DNA from: the human T2T-CHM13v2.0 reference genome, Homo sapiens
NCBI RefSeq assembly: GCF_009914755.1
Contig: NC_060945.1
Strand: one strand, 5' to 3'
Length of the DNA stretch: 64,000 nucleotides
The notes under the pieces were generated by a model, which worked only from the letters and a program-made list of their open reading frames with translations, made no database searches and was not told the DNA's origin. Numbering within the stretch: position 1 is the first letter of the stretch; each line of letters begins with the position of its first letter. The translations under genes and the position numbers were made by a program. This document shows, piece after piece, positions 8,680 to 21,452 of the stretch.

Positions 8680-10580
8680 TTGAGTGGGTGACGTTGATGG
8701 CTAGTCCAATCACTCCAGCCACACCCTTGCAAACGTGGCTGGTTCCTTTTTGAGCCAGCTTGGCTTTGCCCAGCATGCACAAGTCAGTGCAACAACTGTG
8801 ACACAAATGGAGCCATACAGAGAAAATGAGCAGCAGGCTCAGGAGCAGGGTGTGCGCTGCCTTGGGGGCTCCAGTCCATGCCTCAGGGCTCATATGACAC
8901 TGCGGGCTTCTTGGGTGCAAAGAGGCAGACCACAGGCCATCTTCAGGAGGCCTTTATTTTGAAGTGCAGAAAGCAGCCAGGATTACCACCCGTGGGACTC
9001 GGCCTTTTGTGACCCTGGCCTGACAGAGTTTGGCCCAAGGCAGGACAAGCTCACTCAGAGCAACGTGTCAGTACCTGGGGCCTGTGCATGCCAGTCAAGG
9101 CCAAGCTGGCTCAAAGAGCAACCAGCCACCTCTGCAAGGGTGTGCCTGGAGCAGGTGGACCAGCCACCAACCTCACACACTGAAGGAAGCCAGGATGGCC
9201 AGGTTTCCACAGCCTGAGTGGCTGCCTCCTGATGGCTGATGGAGCAGAGGCCTGAGGAAAAGCAGGTGGCATGTTTAACTCTTTAATCTATCTTAAGTTA
9301 ATTTTTGTATAAAGCAGTTGGCACCGGTCCATGCCTCGGGGTTCATATGGCACTGTGGGCCACAGAAGGCTGAGTCCCCTGGGTGGTAATCCTGCCTGCT
9401 TTCTGCACTTGAACATAAAGTCCTCCTCAAGATGGCCTGTGGTCTACTTCTCGGCCCCACCTTTAGGGTAGAAGAACTGATGTACCACGTCTGACAGTGA
9501 GTGAGGTTGGCGGCTGGTCCACCTGCTCCTGGCACACCTTGCAGAGGTGGCTGCTTGCTCTTTGAGCCAGCTTGGCCTTGCCTGGCATGCACAAGCCTCA
9601 CTGCAACAAGTGTACAACAAATGGAGCCATAAAGAGGAAATGATCAGCAGGCTCAGGAATGGGGCGTGCACTGCCTTTGTGGCTCCAGTCCATGCCTCAG
9701 GGCTCGTATGGCACTGTAGGCTTCTTGGTCGCCAAGAGGCAGACCACAGACGGTCTTGAGGAGGACTTTATGTTCAAGTGCAGAAAGCAGCCAGGATTAG
9801 CACCCAGGGGACTCGGCCTTCTGTGGCCCTGGCCAGAGGTAGAATTTGGCCCAACACACTACAAGCTGACTTGGAACGGCATATAGGTAGCTGGGGCCTG
9901 TGCATGCCAGGCAAGGCCAAGCTGGATCAAAGAGCAAGCAGCCACCTCTGCAAGGGTGTGCCTGGAGCAGGTGGAGCAACCACCAACCTCACCCACTCAA
10001 GGAAGCAGGGATGGCCAGATTCCTACAGCCTGAGGGGCTGCCTCCTGATGGCTGATGGAGCAGAGGCCTAAGGAAAAGCAGATAGCACTGTGGCCCTACC
10101 TGTAGGGTAGAAGAACTGATGTAACCCGACCGGCAGCAAGTCAGGTTGGTGGCTGGTCCACCAGCTCCAGGCACACCCTTGCAGAGGTGGCCGGTTGCTT
10201 TTTGAGCCAGCCTGGCCTTCCTCAGTATGCAGTAGTCAGTGCAACAACTGTGACACAAATGGAGCCACACAGAGAAAATGAGCAGCAGGCTCAGGAGCAG
10301 CGTGTGCGCTGCCTTGGGGGCTCCAGTCCATGCCTCAGGGCTCATATGGCACTGCGGGCTTCTTGGTTGCAAAGAGGCAGACCACAGGCCATCTTCAGTA
10401 GGTCTTTATGTTGAAGTGCAGAAAGCAGCCAGGATTACCACCCGTGGAACTCGGCCTTTTGTGACCCTGGCCTGACAGAATTTGGCCCAAGGCAGGACAA
10501 GTTCACTCAGAGCAACGTGTCTGTACCTGGGGCCTGTACATGCCAGGCAAGGCCAAGCTGGTTCAAAGAGCAACCAGAGC
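8680..10580. repeat. REP522-like largely palindromic repeat
   Basis: About 1.9 kb of direct and inverted copies of 'gccacctctgcaagggtgtgcctggagcaggtgg' and 'agaggcagaccacagg'; abuts the SNX18 pseudogene. Confidence 0.65.
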
Positions 10581-11740
10581 ATCCATTCTGGTGGATGAGC
10601 CAACCACATGGCCAGCTTCTGGGTGTGGGCACAGTGCCACATCTTCCATCACTTTCTGATATATCCCACCAGCACTGAAGAGACAGCCTGGAGAGAGTGC
10701 AAGAGGAAGGCTGAGAAGGATGAGATGGTGAGTGCTGGCTTCTTTCTGACCCTCAGCACACCCCCAGGTGGTGACCATCAACCTTTAGGGGTGGGAGAGC
10801 AAGATTGATGGCTTCAAATACTTCCCCAAGAAGATGGACACAGGCCACTCAGCTCAACCTCACAGCCAATGAGTTGACATGCAAGCAGATGACAGTGACA
10901 GGCTTTTAGAAAGAGCTTCAGAAGGCGGCCAGTTTTTCTTCGGCCTCAGCCAGGCCTTGGAACTTGACTAGGCCATCCACTTCACCAGAGATGCCTTCAA
11001 GAACATCAGTGAGCTCCTTGCCAATCCGTCCAGGAAGGACCTGGACCCAGCCATGGACCTGTTAGTGCTGTCTCAGGGACACCAGACCAACATCCTGGAC
11101 ATCATCCTCATATACAAGGAAGCTCTTACGACAGTCACGGAGAACAGGCAACATGTGGCAGAAGGGAAGACAGAGGTACAGAGGCTGATGGCATCATTAT
11201 CACAGGAACAGGATTTCTTTGGCCACTTTGGCTGAAATTCACCACTTCTATCCAATCCACTCAAGCGAGAGACTTGAAATCACAGATGGAACATTTCTTG
11301 CAACAAGAGATACTATTTTTTCAAAAAGTCACCTAAAATTTGATAGTGTTGAATGACTAGCTATTCGAGTGTGGACTTTTTCCAGTGCACGGGTACTTTC
11401 TACAGCAGAATGATAACAGTATCAAAGGGCTGGTGCCAGCTATCGGTGGTAGTACAAGGATGACTTTGTGCTCAACTGAAACCCAGGTGAATATAGACTT
11501 GTGTAGGAAAGTGTTAATATGGTGATAGAATAGAAACAGTAGCAAATGAACTAAATCATACTATGAATGCCTACACTACCATTATAACTTTTTGAAGAAT
11601 GATAATACCACTTACTTTATTGCCTTTTGAAGTAGGAATATTTTAGTGGATATGCTATAGACCAGAAACCCTGTAAAGAACCCCAAAGAAGCTGGCTGGA
11701 TAAAGCCTGCTATGGATGTCTTTATACTCAAAGACTGATG
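10580..11740 (+). pseudogene. SNX18P: SNX18 processed pseudogene (PX C-terminus, BAR domain, 3'UTR remnant)
   Basis: Translations [27 protein letters not shown] and MDLLVLSQGHQTNILDIILIYKEALTTVTENRQHVAEGK match SNX18 as recalled ([22 protein letters not shown]; ALTKVKESRRHVEEGK); intronless, frameshifted, ends DSVE* at ~11356. Confidence 0.88.
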
Positions 11741-11744
11741 AGGC

Positions 11745-12870
11745 AATTCGAATATGTGTCCCCACCAAATCTCATGTTGAGTTATGCTTCCTAATGTTGG
11801 AGGTGGATCCTGGTATAAGGTGATTGAATCATGAAGGCAAATTTCTCATGAGTGGTTCAGCACCATCCCCTTGGTACTGTCCTCACAATCATGAGTGACT
11901 TCTCGTGAGATCTGGCCACTGAAAACTCTATATCACTCCCTACTCTCCGTGATTTCCTCTTGCCATGTGAGACAATTCACTCTTTCATTACCTTGCACAA
12001 TGATTGAAAGATTTCTGAGGCCCCCCAGAAGCAGAAGCACTAAGCTTCCTGTCCACTCTGCAGAACCATGAGCCAATTAAACCTCTTTTTCAAAATAAAT
12101 CTTACCAAAAATGGCAAATGAGGACTGGAGCATTCCTATAAAGATACCTGAAAATGTGGAAGCAACTTCGGAACTGGGTAATGGGTAGAGGTTGGAAGAG
12201 TTTGGAGGGCTCCAAAGAAGACAGACAGATGAGAACATTTTTGGACCATCTTAGAGACTGGTTAAATGGCTGTGACAAGAATGCTGACAAAAACATGGAC
12301 AGTGAAGGCCAGGCTGAGGGGGCCTCAGATAAAAATAAGAAGCTTTCTGGAAAATGTCTCTCTTTTGGATATAGAAAGCTTACACAATGCCTGTACCATC
12401 ATTGTACCTTAGACACAGTGAACTTGCTTTTTATTTCAGAGACTCGTAGGCAAAAGAGAATGTAGCCTTGACCCAGATGAGACTTTGGACTTTGTAACTT
12501 TGAGTTAATGCTGAAATGAGTTAAGACTTTGGGAGACTGCTGGCAAGGCATGACTGTATTTTGCAATGTGAGAAGGACATGAGATTTGTGGGGTCAGGGA
12601 CAGAATAATACGGTTTTTCTCTATGCCCCTTCCAAAACTCATGTGAAAGTACACTCCCTAATGTTAGAGTCGGGGCCTAGGTGGAAAAAGCTTTAATCAT
12701 AAAGGAGTGGGAGTGGATCCTTCACAAATGGCAAAGCACCAAGCCCTTAATGCCATCCTCCTGATAGTGAGTGAGTTCTCATGAGATCTAGTAGTTTAAA
12801 AGGCTGTGGAACCTCTTTCCTCTCTCTGTCTTGTTCCAACTTCTGCCATATGAAACATGTCATTGCCGCT
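11745..12870 (+). mobile_element. MST (MaLR) element: LTR, deleted internal region, partial second LTR
   Basis: 'ccccaccaaatctcatgttga...agaaccatgagccaattaaacctctttt' LTR; internal 'aagatacctgaaaatgtggaagcaact'; second LTR from ~12605. Confidence 0.8.
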
Positions 12871-12884
12871 TGGATTTCCGGTGT

Positions 12885-13790
12885 GGTTAGGAGGGACCTG
12901 ATCAGTGTGGGCCTGGTCAGTGGACCTAGGTCAGTGAGGACTATTTAGTGGGATCGTGGTCAGCAGGGGTCTGCTTAGAGAGGGTCTCATTAGTGGGGTC
13001 TAGTAGTGGGGTTTTGGTGAGTGGGGACCTATTGGCTGCCAGTTGTTTGGTGTCTGGTCAGTGCAAACCTGGGCTGTGGGGCTTGATCAGTGGAGACCTG
13101 GTCAGCTGGGGCTTAGTGCTGGCCTGGTCAGCATGGGCTGGGGCACTGGTGACCAGGTCAAGGGGTGCTATTCAGTGGAGGACTGGGCACATGGGACCTA
13201 GTCAGCAGACCCTGGTGGGCATGTCCTCATCAGTGAGGCCCTTGTCAGTGGGGCCCTGGTCAGGGCAGCCTTGTCAGCGGGACCTAATCTGTAGCGTCCT
13301 GGTCAGAGACGACTTGGTCAGTGGTGACTTTTGCAGCACTGGTCTACAGGGTGACCTGGTCAGCGGGGATCTCAGCATTTGGTGCCAGTTCAGTGGGGTC
13401 TACTCACTAGGGTCCCAGTCAGGGGCATCTGGTGATCTTAGGCCTGGTTATTAGGGGCCTGATCAGTGGCAACCTGTTCCCTGGAGGTCTGGTCAGTGGG
13501 GCCTCATCTTTGGGGCCAGGGAATGAGGTCATGATCAGTGGAACTTGATCAGTGAGGCCTTGTCAATAATGACCTACTCAGTGAGGACTTGTCAGTAAGG
13601 ACTTGGTCCGTGAGGCCTTGTCAGTAAGGTCCTGGTCGGTGGAGTCCTTGTCATTGTGTGCCTGGCAGTGGGGGCCTTGTTAGTGGGGCCTGGTCATGAG
13701 GGTCTAATCAGTGAGGGTGTCATCAGGGAGGACCTGATGTGCGGGGTCTGGTCAGCAGGGACCTGGTCAATGTGGGCTGCTGAGCACTGC
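12885..13790. repeat. Degenerate ~15-bp minisatellite (CCTGGTCAGTGGGGA)n
   Basis: Recurrent ctggtcagtgggg / cttgtcagtgagg motifs every ~15 bp over ~900 bp. Confidence 0.8.
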
Positions 13791-14109
13791 TTGGATAAGC
13801 CAGGTGCAATGTGCATTATTGAAGGCCCTGTGGACAGCTGGGATAGCCCAGTGATGCCCAAGGGCCTAGTCAAAAGTGGACAAAGCACGTATTTGGATGG
13901 ACCTGGGAGATCCTGCTCAGAGATTCTGACAGGACAAAGGTAAAGGAAGGGCCAGAGTGGCTGGAGAGATGGTCACAGTCTATGGGCTGCACAGGATGGA
14001 GGAGGCCAGGGAAAAGGCAGGGTGGGCAGTTGGGGTTCAGGGAGAGGCAGGTGCATGCTGGGAGGTCAGACCCTGTGAAGGCTTTGGGGGCGTCAGGTTG
14101 GGTAGGCTC

Positions 14110-17100
14110 CAGGCACTCTCACTCACATAGGATTCCAGAACACTGCTACAAGGCTCTGAGTGTTTGTCCCTCACATAGGATTCCAGAACACTGCTGCCAT
14201 TGTCTGAATGTTTGTCCCCCACATAGGATTCCAGAAGCCTGCTGCTGGGGTCTGAATGTTTGTCCCCCATCTAGGATTCCAGAACACTGCTGCGAGGGTC
14301 TGAATGTCTGTCCCTCACATATGATTCTAGAACATTGATGCTAGGGTCTGTATGTTTGCCCTTAACATATGATTTCAAAACACTGCTCCTGGATTCTGAA
14401 TGTTTGTCCTTCACATAGGAATACAGAACACTGCTGCTGGAGTCTGAATGGTTGTCACTCACATAGAATTCCAGAACACTGCTGTGAGGATCTGAATGTT
14501 TGACCCTCACATGGGATTCCAGAACACTGCTGCGAGTGTCTAAATGTCTGTCCCTCACACAGGATTCCCGAACAATGTTACGAGGTTCTGAATGTTTGTC
14601 CCTAACATAGGATTCCAGAGCACTCCTGCTGTGCTCTGAATGCTTCTCCCTCACATAGGATTCCAGAACACTGCTACGAGGGTCTGAATGCTTATCCCTC
14701 ATATAGGATTCCAGAACACTTCTGCTGTGGTCTGAATGTTTGTTCCTCACATAGGATTCCAGAATACTCCTGCCGTGGTCTGAATGTTTGTCCCTCACAT
14801 AGGATTCCAGAACATTCATGCTGGGGTCTCAATATTTCCCTTAACATAGGATTTCAGAACACTGCCCTTGGGGTCTGAATGTTTGTCGCTCACATAGGAT
14901 TACAGAACACTGCTGCTGGAGTCTGAATGTTTGTCAGTCACATAGAATTCCAGAACACTGCTACAAGGGTGTGACTATTTCTCCCTCACCTAGTATTCCA
15001 GAACACTGTTGCAAGGGTCTGAATGTTGGTCCGTCATATAGGATTCCAGAACACTGCTGCTGTGGTCTGAATGTTTGTCCCTCACATAGAATTCCGGAAC
15101 ACTGCTACAAGGGTCTGAATGTTTGTCCTTCACATACCATTCCAGAACACTGCTGCCGTGGTCTGAATGTATGTCCCTCACATAGGATTCCAGAACACTG
15201 CTACTAGGTTCTGAATGTTTTTCCCACACCTAGGATTCCAGAACACTTCTGCTGGTGTCTGAATGGTTGTTCCTCACATATGATTCCAGGACACTGCTAT
15301 GAGAGTCTTAATGTTTGTCCTTCACGTAGGATTCTAGAACACTGCTCCCGTGGTCTGAATGTTTGTCCTTCACATAGCATTCCAGAACACTGCTGCTGGG
15401 GTCTGAATGTCTGCCCCTCAAATCAGATTCCAGAGCACTGCTGCTGGGGTTTGAATGTCTTTCCCTCACATAGAATTCCAGAACACGGCTGGGAGGGTCT
15501 GAATGTTTGTCCCTCACATGGGATACCAGAACACTGTTGCGAGGGTCTAAATGTCTCTCCCTCACATAAGATTTCAGGACACTGCTACGAGGTTCTGAAT
15601 GTTTGTCCCTCACATAGGATTCCAGAACACTGCCACGTGGGTCTGAATGTTTGCCCTCACATAGGATTCCAGAACACTACTGCTGGGGTCTGAATGTTTG
15701 ACCCTCACATAGGATTCCAGAACACTCCTGCTGTGGTCTGAAAGTTTGTTCATCACATAGGACTCCAGAACACTCCTAAGAGGGTATGAATGTCCCTCAC
15801 ATAGTATTCCAGAACACTCCTTCTGTGGTCTGAATGTTTGTTCCTCACATAGGATTCGAGAACACTCCTGCTGTGGTCTGAATGTTTGTCCCTTACCTAG
15901 GATTCGAGAACATTCACGCTGGGATGTAAATGCTTGCCCTTAACATAGGATTTCAGAACACTGCTCCTGGGGTCTGAAAGTTTGTCCCTCACATAGGATT
16001 CCAGAACTCTCCTGCTGTGGTCTGAAAGTTTGTACCGCACATAGGATTCCAGAACACTGCTGCTGTGGTCGGAATGTTTTTCTGTCACATAGGATTCCAG
16101 AACACTGCGGCTGGGTTCTGAATGTTTGTCCCTCACATAGGATTTCAGAACGCTGCTACGAGGGTCTGATTGTTGGTCCCTCACATAGGATTCCTGAACA
16201 CTGCTGCTGGGCTCTGAATGTTTGTCCCTCACATTGGATTGCAGAACACTACTGCTATGGTCTGAACGTTTGTCCGTCACATAGGATTCCAGAACGCTCC
16301 TGCTGTGGTCTGAATGTTTGTCTGTCACATAGGATTCCAGAACACTGCGGCTGGGCTCTGAATGTCCCTGACATAGGATTCCAGAACATTGCTATGAGGG
16401 TCTGAATGGTTGTCTTTCACATAGCATTCCAGAACACTGCTACGAGGGTCTGAATGTTGGTCCCTCACACAGGATTCCAGAACCCTCCAGCTGGGGTCTG
16501 AATGTTTGTCCCTCACAAAGGATTCCAGAACACTGCTATGAGGGTCTGAATATTTGTCCCTCACATAGGATTCCAGAACACACCTGCTGTGGTCTGAATG
16601 GTTGTCCCTCACAAAGGATTCCAGAACACTCCTGCTGTGATCTGAATGGTTGTCCCTCACATAAGATTCCGGAACACTTCTGCTGTGGTACGAATGTTTG
16701 TGTCTCACGTAGGATTCCAGAACACTGCTACGAGGGTCTCAATGTTTGCCCCTCACGTAAGATTCCAGAACACTGCTGCTGGGGTCTGAATGCTTGTCCC
16801 TCACATACGATTACAGAACAGTGTTGCTGGGGTGTGAATGTTTGTCCCTCACAAAGGATTCCAGAACACTGCCATGAGGGTCTGAATATTTGTCCCTCAC
16901 ATAGGATTCCAGAACACTCCTGCTGTGGTCTGAATGGTTGTCCCTCACATAGGATTCCAGAACACTCCTGCTGTGGTCTGAATGGTTGTCCCTCACATAA
17001 GATTCCAGAACACTTCTGCTGTGGTACGAATGTTTGTGTCTCACGTAGGATTCCAGAACACTGCTACGAGGGTCTCAATGTTTGTCCCTCACATAAGATT

Positions 17101-18395
17101 CCAGAACACTGCTGCTGGGGTCTGAATGCTTGTCCCTCACATACGATTACAGAACACTGTTGCTGGGGAGTGAATGTTTGTCCCTCACATAGGATACCAG
17201 ACCACTGCTGCTGAGGTCTCAATGTCTGTCCCTCAAAAAAGGATTCCAGAACACTGTTACTAGGGTCTGAATTTTTGTTCCTCACTTAAGACTGCAGAAC
17301 ACTGCTTCGAGGGTCTAAATGTCTGTCCTTCACATAGGATTCCAGAACACTCCTTCTGGCGTCTGAATGTTTGTCCCTCACATAGGATTCCAGAGCACTC
17401 CTGCTGTGGTCTCAATGTTTGTTAATCACATAGGATTCCAGAACACTGCTACAAGGGTCTGAATGTTTGTCCCTCACATAGGATTCCAGAATACTCCTGC
17501 TATGGTCTTAATGCTTGTCCCTCACATAGGATTCCAGAACATTCATGTTGGGGTCTGAATGTTTGCCCTTATCATAGGATTTCAGAACAGTGTTCCTGGG
17601 GTCTGAATATTTGTCCTTCATATAGGATTTAAGAACACTCCTGCTTTTGTCTGAAAGTTTGTCCCTCACATAGGATTCCAGAACTCTCCTGCTGTGGTCT
17701 GAAAGTTTGTCCTTCACATAGGATTCCAGAACACTGCTGCTGTGGTTTGAATATTTGTCCCTCACATAAGATTCCAGAACACTGCTAGGAGGGTCTGAAT
17801 GTTTGTCCCTCACATAGGATTCCTGAGCATTGTTGCCGTGGTCTGAATTTTTGCCATTCACATAGGATTCCAGAACAGTGCTACGAGGGTCTGAATGTTT
17901 GTCCCTCACATAGGATTCCAGAACACTTCTGCTGGTATCTGAATGTTTGTACCTCACATAGGATTCCAGAACACTGCTGCTGGGGTCTGAACGTCTGTCC
18001 CTCACATAGGATTCTAGAACACTGCTGTTGGGGTTTGAATGTCCCTCACATAGAATTCCAGAACACTGCTGCGAGTGTCTGAATGTTTGTCCTGCAGATG
18101 AGATTCTAGAACACTGCTGCGAGGGTCTAAATGTCTGTCCCTGACATAACATTCCAGCACACTGCTACGAGGTTTTGAAATGTTTGTCCCTCACATAGGA
18201 TTACAGAGCACTCCTGCTGTGGTCTGAATGTTTGCCCCTCACATAGGATTCCAGAACATTCCTGCTGTGGTCTGATTGTTCCTCACATAGGATTCTGGAA
18301 CACTCCAGCTGGCTTCTGAGTGTTTGTCCCTCACATAGGATTCCTGAAGACTGCTGCTGTCACTATAGTCGTTGCGAGTGTCTGAATGTTTGACC
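14110..18395 (+). repeat. CER 48-bp centromeric satellite (~89 monomers)
   Basis: Unit GGATTCCAGAACACTGCTGCTGGGGTCTGAATGTTTGTCCCTCACATA tandemly repeated. Confidence 0.95.
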
Positions 18396-18528
18396 TTCAC
18401 CAAACACTAAATATCCTGCCCCTTTAGTCTTGGACTTTCCAGCCTCCAGATCTGTGAGCAATATCTCTGTTGTTTATGAATTACTCAGTCTAAAGTATTT
18501 TGTTATAGTAGCCTAAAGAGACTAAGAG
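18396..18528 (+). mobile_element. MaLR (MLT1/MST) LTR 3' fragment
   Basis: 'cttggactttccagcctccaga...tattttgttatagtagcc...gactaaga'. Confidence 0.7.
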
Positions 18529-18599
18529 AGCATCACCTGCCCTGTCACCTCATCACCGCATTACTAAAGCTATACTAACAGCAGTCACTTTTAGTGGGT

Positions 18600-20450
18600 G
18601 CTTCATGCATGAGAATAAAGGGAAAAAATTGCAAGGCATACTAAAATCCAAAAAAAGAAAAAAATATAATTTGTGTCAACAGAGCAAGCTTCAGAACCAG
18701 ACAAAGATATGATTTTGGAATTTTTTTTAAACCTCTGGAGAATATGCTAAGGGCCTAATGAATGAACTAGACAGCATTCAAGTATAGATGGGTAATGTAA
18801 TCAGAAAGACAGACATCGTAAGAACCTTCAACATAATGTAGTGGTAAAAAATGTGGTAAATAACTGAAGAATACCTCTGATGGCTTATTAGTAGACTGGA
18901 CTCAGCTGAGTAAAGAATCTCTGAGCTTGAGGATTTATCATCAGAAACTTCGAAAACTAAAGAAAAGAAACACTGAAAAGAACAGAAGGTGATATCCAAG
19001 ACTGTGGGACAACTACAAAAGGTGAAACAGAGTAATGAGAATACCAGGAGGAGGAGAAGAAATAGAAGAAAGTTCTGCAACAACCATGTCTGAGAACTTC
19101 CAGTATTAATGTCAGACACCAAACCAAAGATCCAGGAAGCTCTGAGAACACCAGGCAGAATAAATGCCAACAACCTACACTTGGACATATAATTTTCAAA
19201 CTATATGAAATAAAAAATAAAGGAAAACTCTGAAAGAAACCAGAGGTGGGGCAGAAAACACCTTACCTACAGAGACACAAAGATAAGAACTGCATTCAAC
19301 ATTGCAGAAACTGTGAAAGCAAGAAGACAGTGAAATGAAAAAATCAAAATGTTGACAGAAAAAACCCACCAACCTAAGTTTCTGTACCCACTGAAAACAC
19401 CCTTCAAAAGTGAAGGAGAATTAAGGCCTTCCTCAGAAAAATAAAAATTCAAGAAACTTGTTGCCAGGAGACCTGTCTTGCAAGAAATGTTAAATGAAAT
19501 TCTTTAGAGGGAAACAAAAGATATATAACTGAAACCTGGATCAACATTTTTTTAAAAAGAGCATTAAAGAATTGTGGTACAATAAAAACCTATGTATTTA
19601 TTCTTAATTGATCTGACCAAGAAGTTCATAGACAATAACAAATACACACAGATAGATTATGTATGCTTAAACACAAGTGAAATGAGTAACACTAATACAA
19701 GGAATAGAATGGAAGGATGGGAGGGAGGAATTGTGGTACAATAAAAACATGTATTTATTCATAATTGATCTGACCAATAAGTTTGTAGATAATAATAAAT
19801 ACACACAGATAGATTATGTATGCTTATACACAAGTGAAATAAGGAACAATAATACAAGGAATGGAATGGAAGGATGGGAGGGAGGAATCAGGTGTTTTCT
19901 TTGTTAAGCAGGTAGTCACCCGTGAAGTGGGATAGTGTTATCTGAAAGTGGACTTTAATTGGTTGTAAATGTATATTGAGGAATTAGGTGTGTTCTTTGT
20001 TAAGCAGGTAGTCTTATTTGTGGGATAGTGGGATAGTGTTATTTGAAAGTGGACTTGAATTTGTTATAAATGTTACTGAGGAATTAGGTGTTTTGTTTGT
20101 TAAGCAGGTAGTCTTATTCGTGGGATAGTGGGATAGTGTTATTTGAAAGTGGACTTGAATTTGTTGTAAATGTATATCGCAAATTCTGTGGCAACTAGTT
20201 AAAAAAAGTTTTAAAAAGAGAAGTACATGCTAAGAAAGACAGGGAAAATGTAGTCATCTAAAATCATCAATGAAAACTGCAAAAGGCAGAAAAAGACTGG
20301 TAGACAAAAGAATGGAGACTGAGGAGAATGAATAGAAAACAGTAACAAATATAGTAGATATTAATCTAATGATATCAATAATCACTTTGAATGCTAATGG
20401 TATGAATGTACCAATTCAAAGATAGAGATTGTCAGAGTCTATCAAAAGAC
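18600..20450 (+). mobile_element. Ancient L1M fragment (ORF1 to start of ORF2) with local duplications
   Basis: Degenerate ORF1-like text ('ccaaaccaaagatccaggaagctctgagaacacc', 'cccttcaaaagtgaaggagaa') and EN start 'atcaataatcactttgaatg'. Confidence 0.65.
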
Positions 20451-21144
20451 TTGATTCACTGCACTTTGCTTTATTGTGTTTTGTGACCATGTGTTTTACA
20501 TATTGAAGGTTTGTGGCCACCCTGCAATAAGCAGGTCTGACTGGCACCATTGTTCCTACAGCACGTGCTCACTTCACGTCTCTGTGTCACATTTCGGTCA
20601 TTCTCACAGTATTTTAAGATTTTTATTATTGAATCGTTATGGTGATCTGTAATGAGTGATCTTTAATGCTACTGTTGTCATTGTTTTGGGAACCACAAAT
20701 CACACCAGGATAAGACAGCAAACAATTGACAAATGCGTTTGTTCTGACTGCCCCACCAACGGGCCATTTCTCTTTCTCTCTCTTTTTCTCAGGCTTCTTT
20801 TTATTAATATTAAAATGTGGCCAATTAATAACCCTACAATAGCCTCTGTATGTTCAAGTGAAAGAAGAGTTGTATGTCTGTCACTTTAAACCAAAAGAAA
20901 GAAATAATTAAGCTTAGTGATTAAGGCATGCTGTAAGCAAGACAGGCCAGTAGCTAGACCTCATGCAACAAACACTTAGCCAAGTTGTGAATGCAAAGGA
21001 AGTGTTCTGGAAAGAAATTTAAAGTATTACTCCAGTGAATACATGAATGATAAAAAGCTAAACAATCTTGCTGCTGTTATGAAGAAAGTTTAATTGATCT
21101 AGATAGAAGATAAAAAAAAATCCATTAAGCCTAAGCCTAACTCT

Positions 21145-21452
21145 CTTTTTACTTTTTTCTTTGTTTTTGAGACAGAGTTTCATTTTTCTTGCCCAAGCTG
21201 GAGTACAATAGCGTGATCTTGGCTCATCGCAACCTCTGCCTCCCAAGTTCAAGCTCTCCTGCCTCAGCATTCTGAGTAGCTGGGATTACAGGCATGCACC
21301 ACCACACCTGGCTAATTTTTTGTATTTTTAGTAGAGACGCGGTTTCTCCACGTTGGTTAGACTGGTGTCGAACTCCCGACCGCAGGTGATCTGCCTGTCT
21401 CGGCCTCCCAAAGTGCTAGGATTACAGGTGTGACAGCCACCACACCCGGCCT
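21145..21452 (-). mobile_element. Alu (S family)
   Basis: Reverse Alu consensus with T-rich head. Confidence 0.9.

Noticed and set aside
12948-13454. 168-aa ORF
   Set aside because: Non-ATG start, arises from the 15-bp minisatellite, and has no recognisable domain.
13982-18152. ORFs with SVLESYVRDKHSD / CPSHRIPEHC repeats that look zinc-finger-like
   Set aside because: Translations of the 48-bp (16-codon) CER satellite; frequent stops and no C2H2 spacing.
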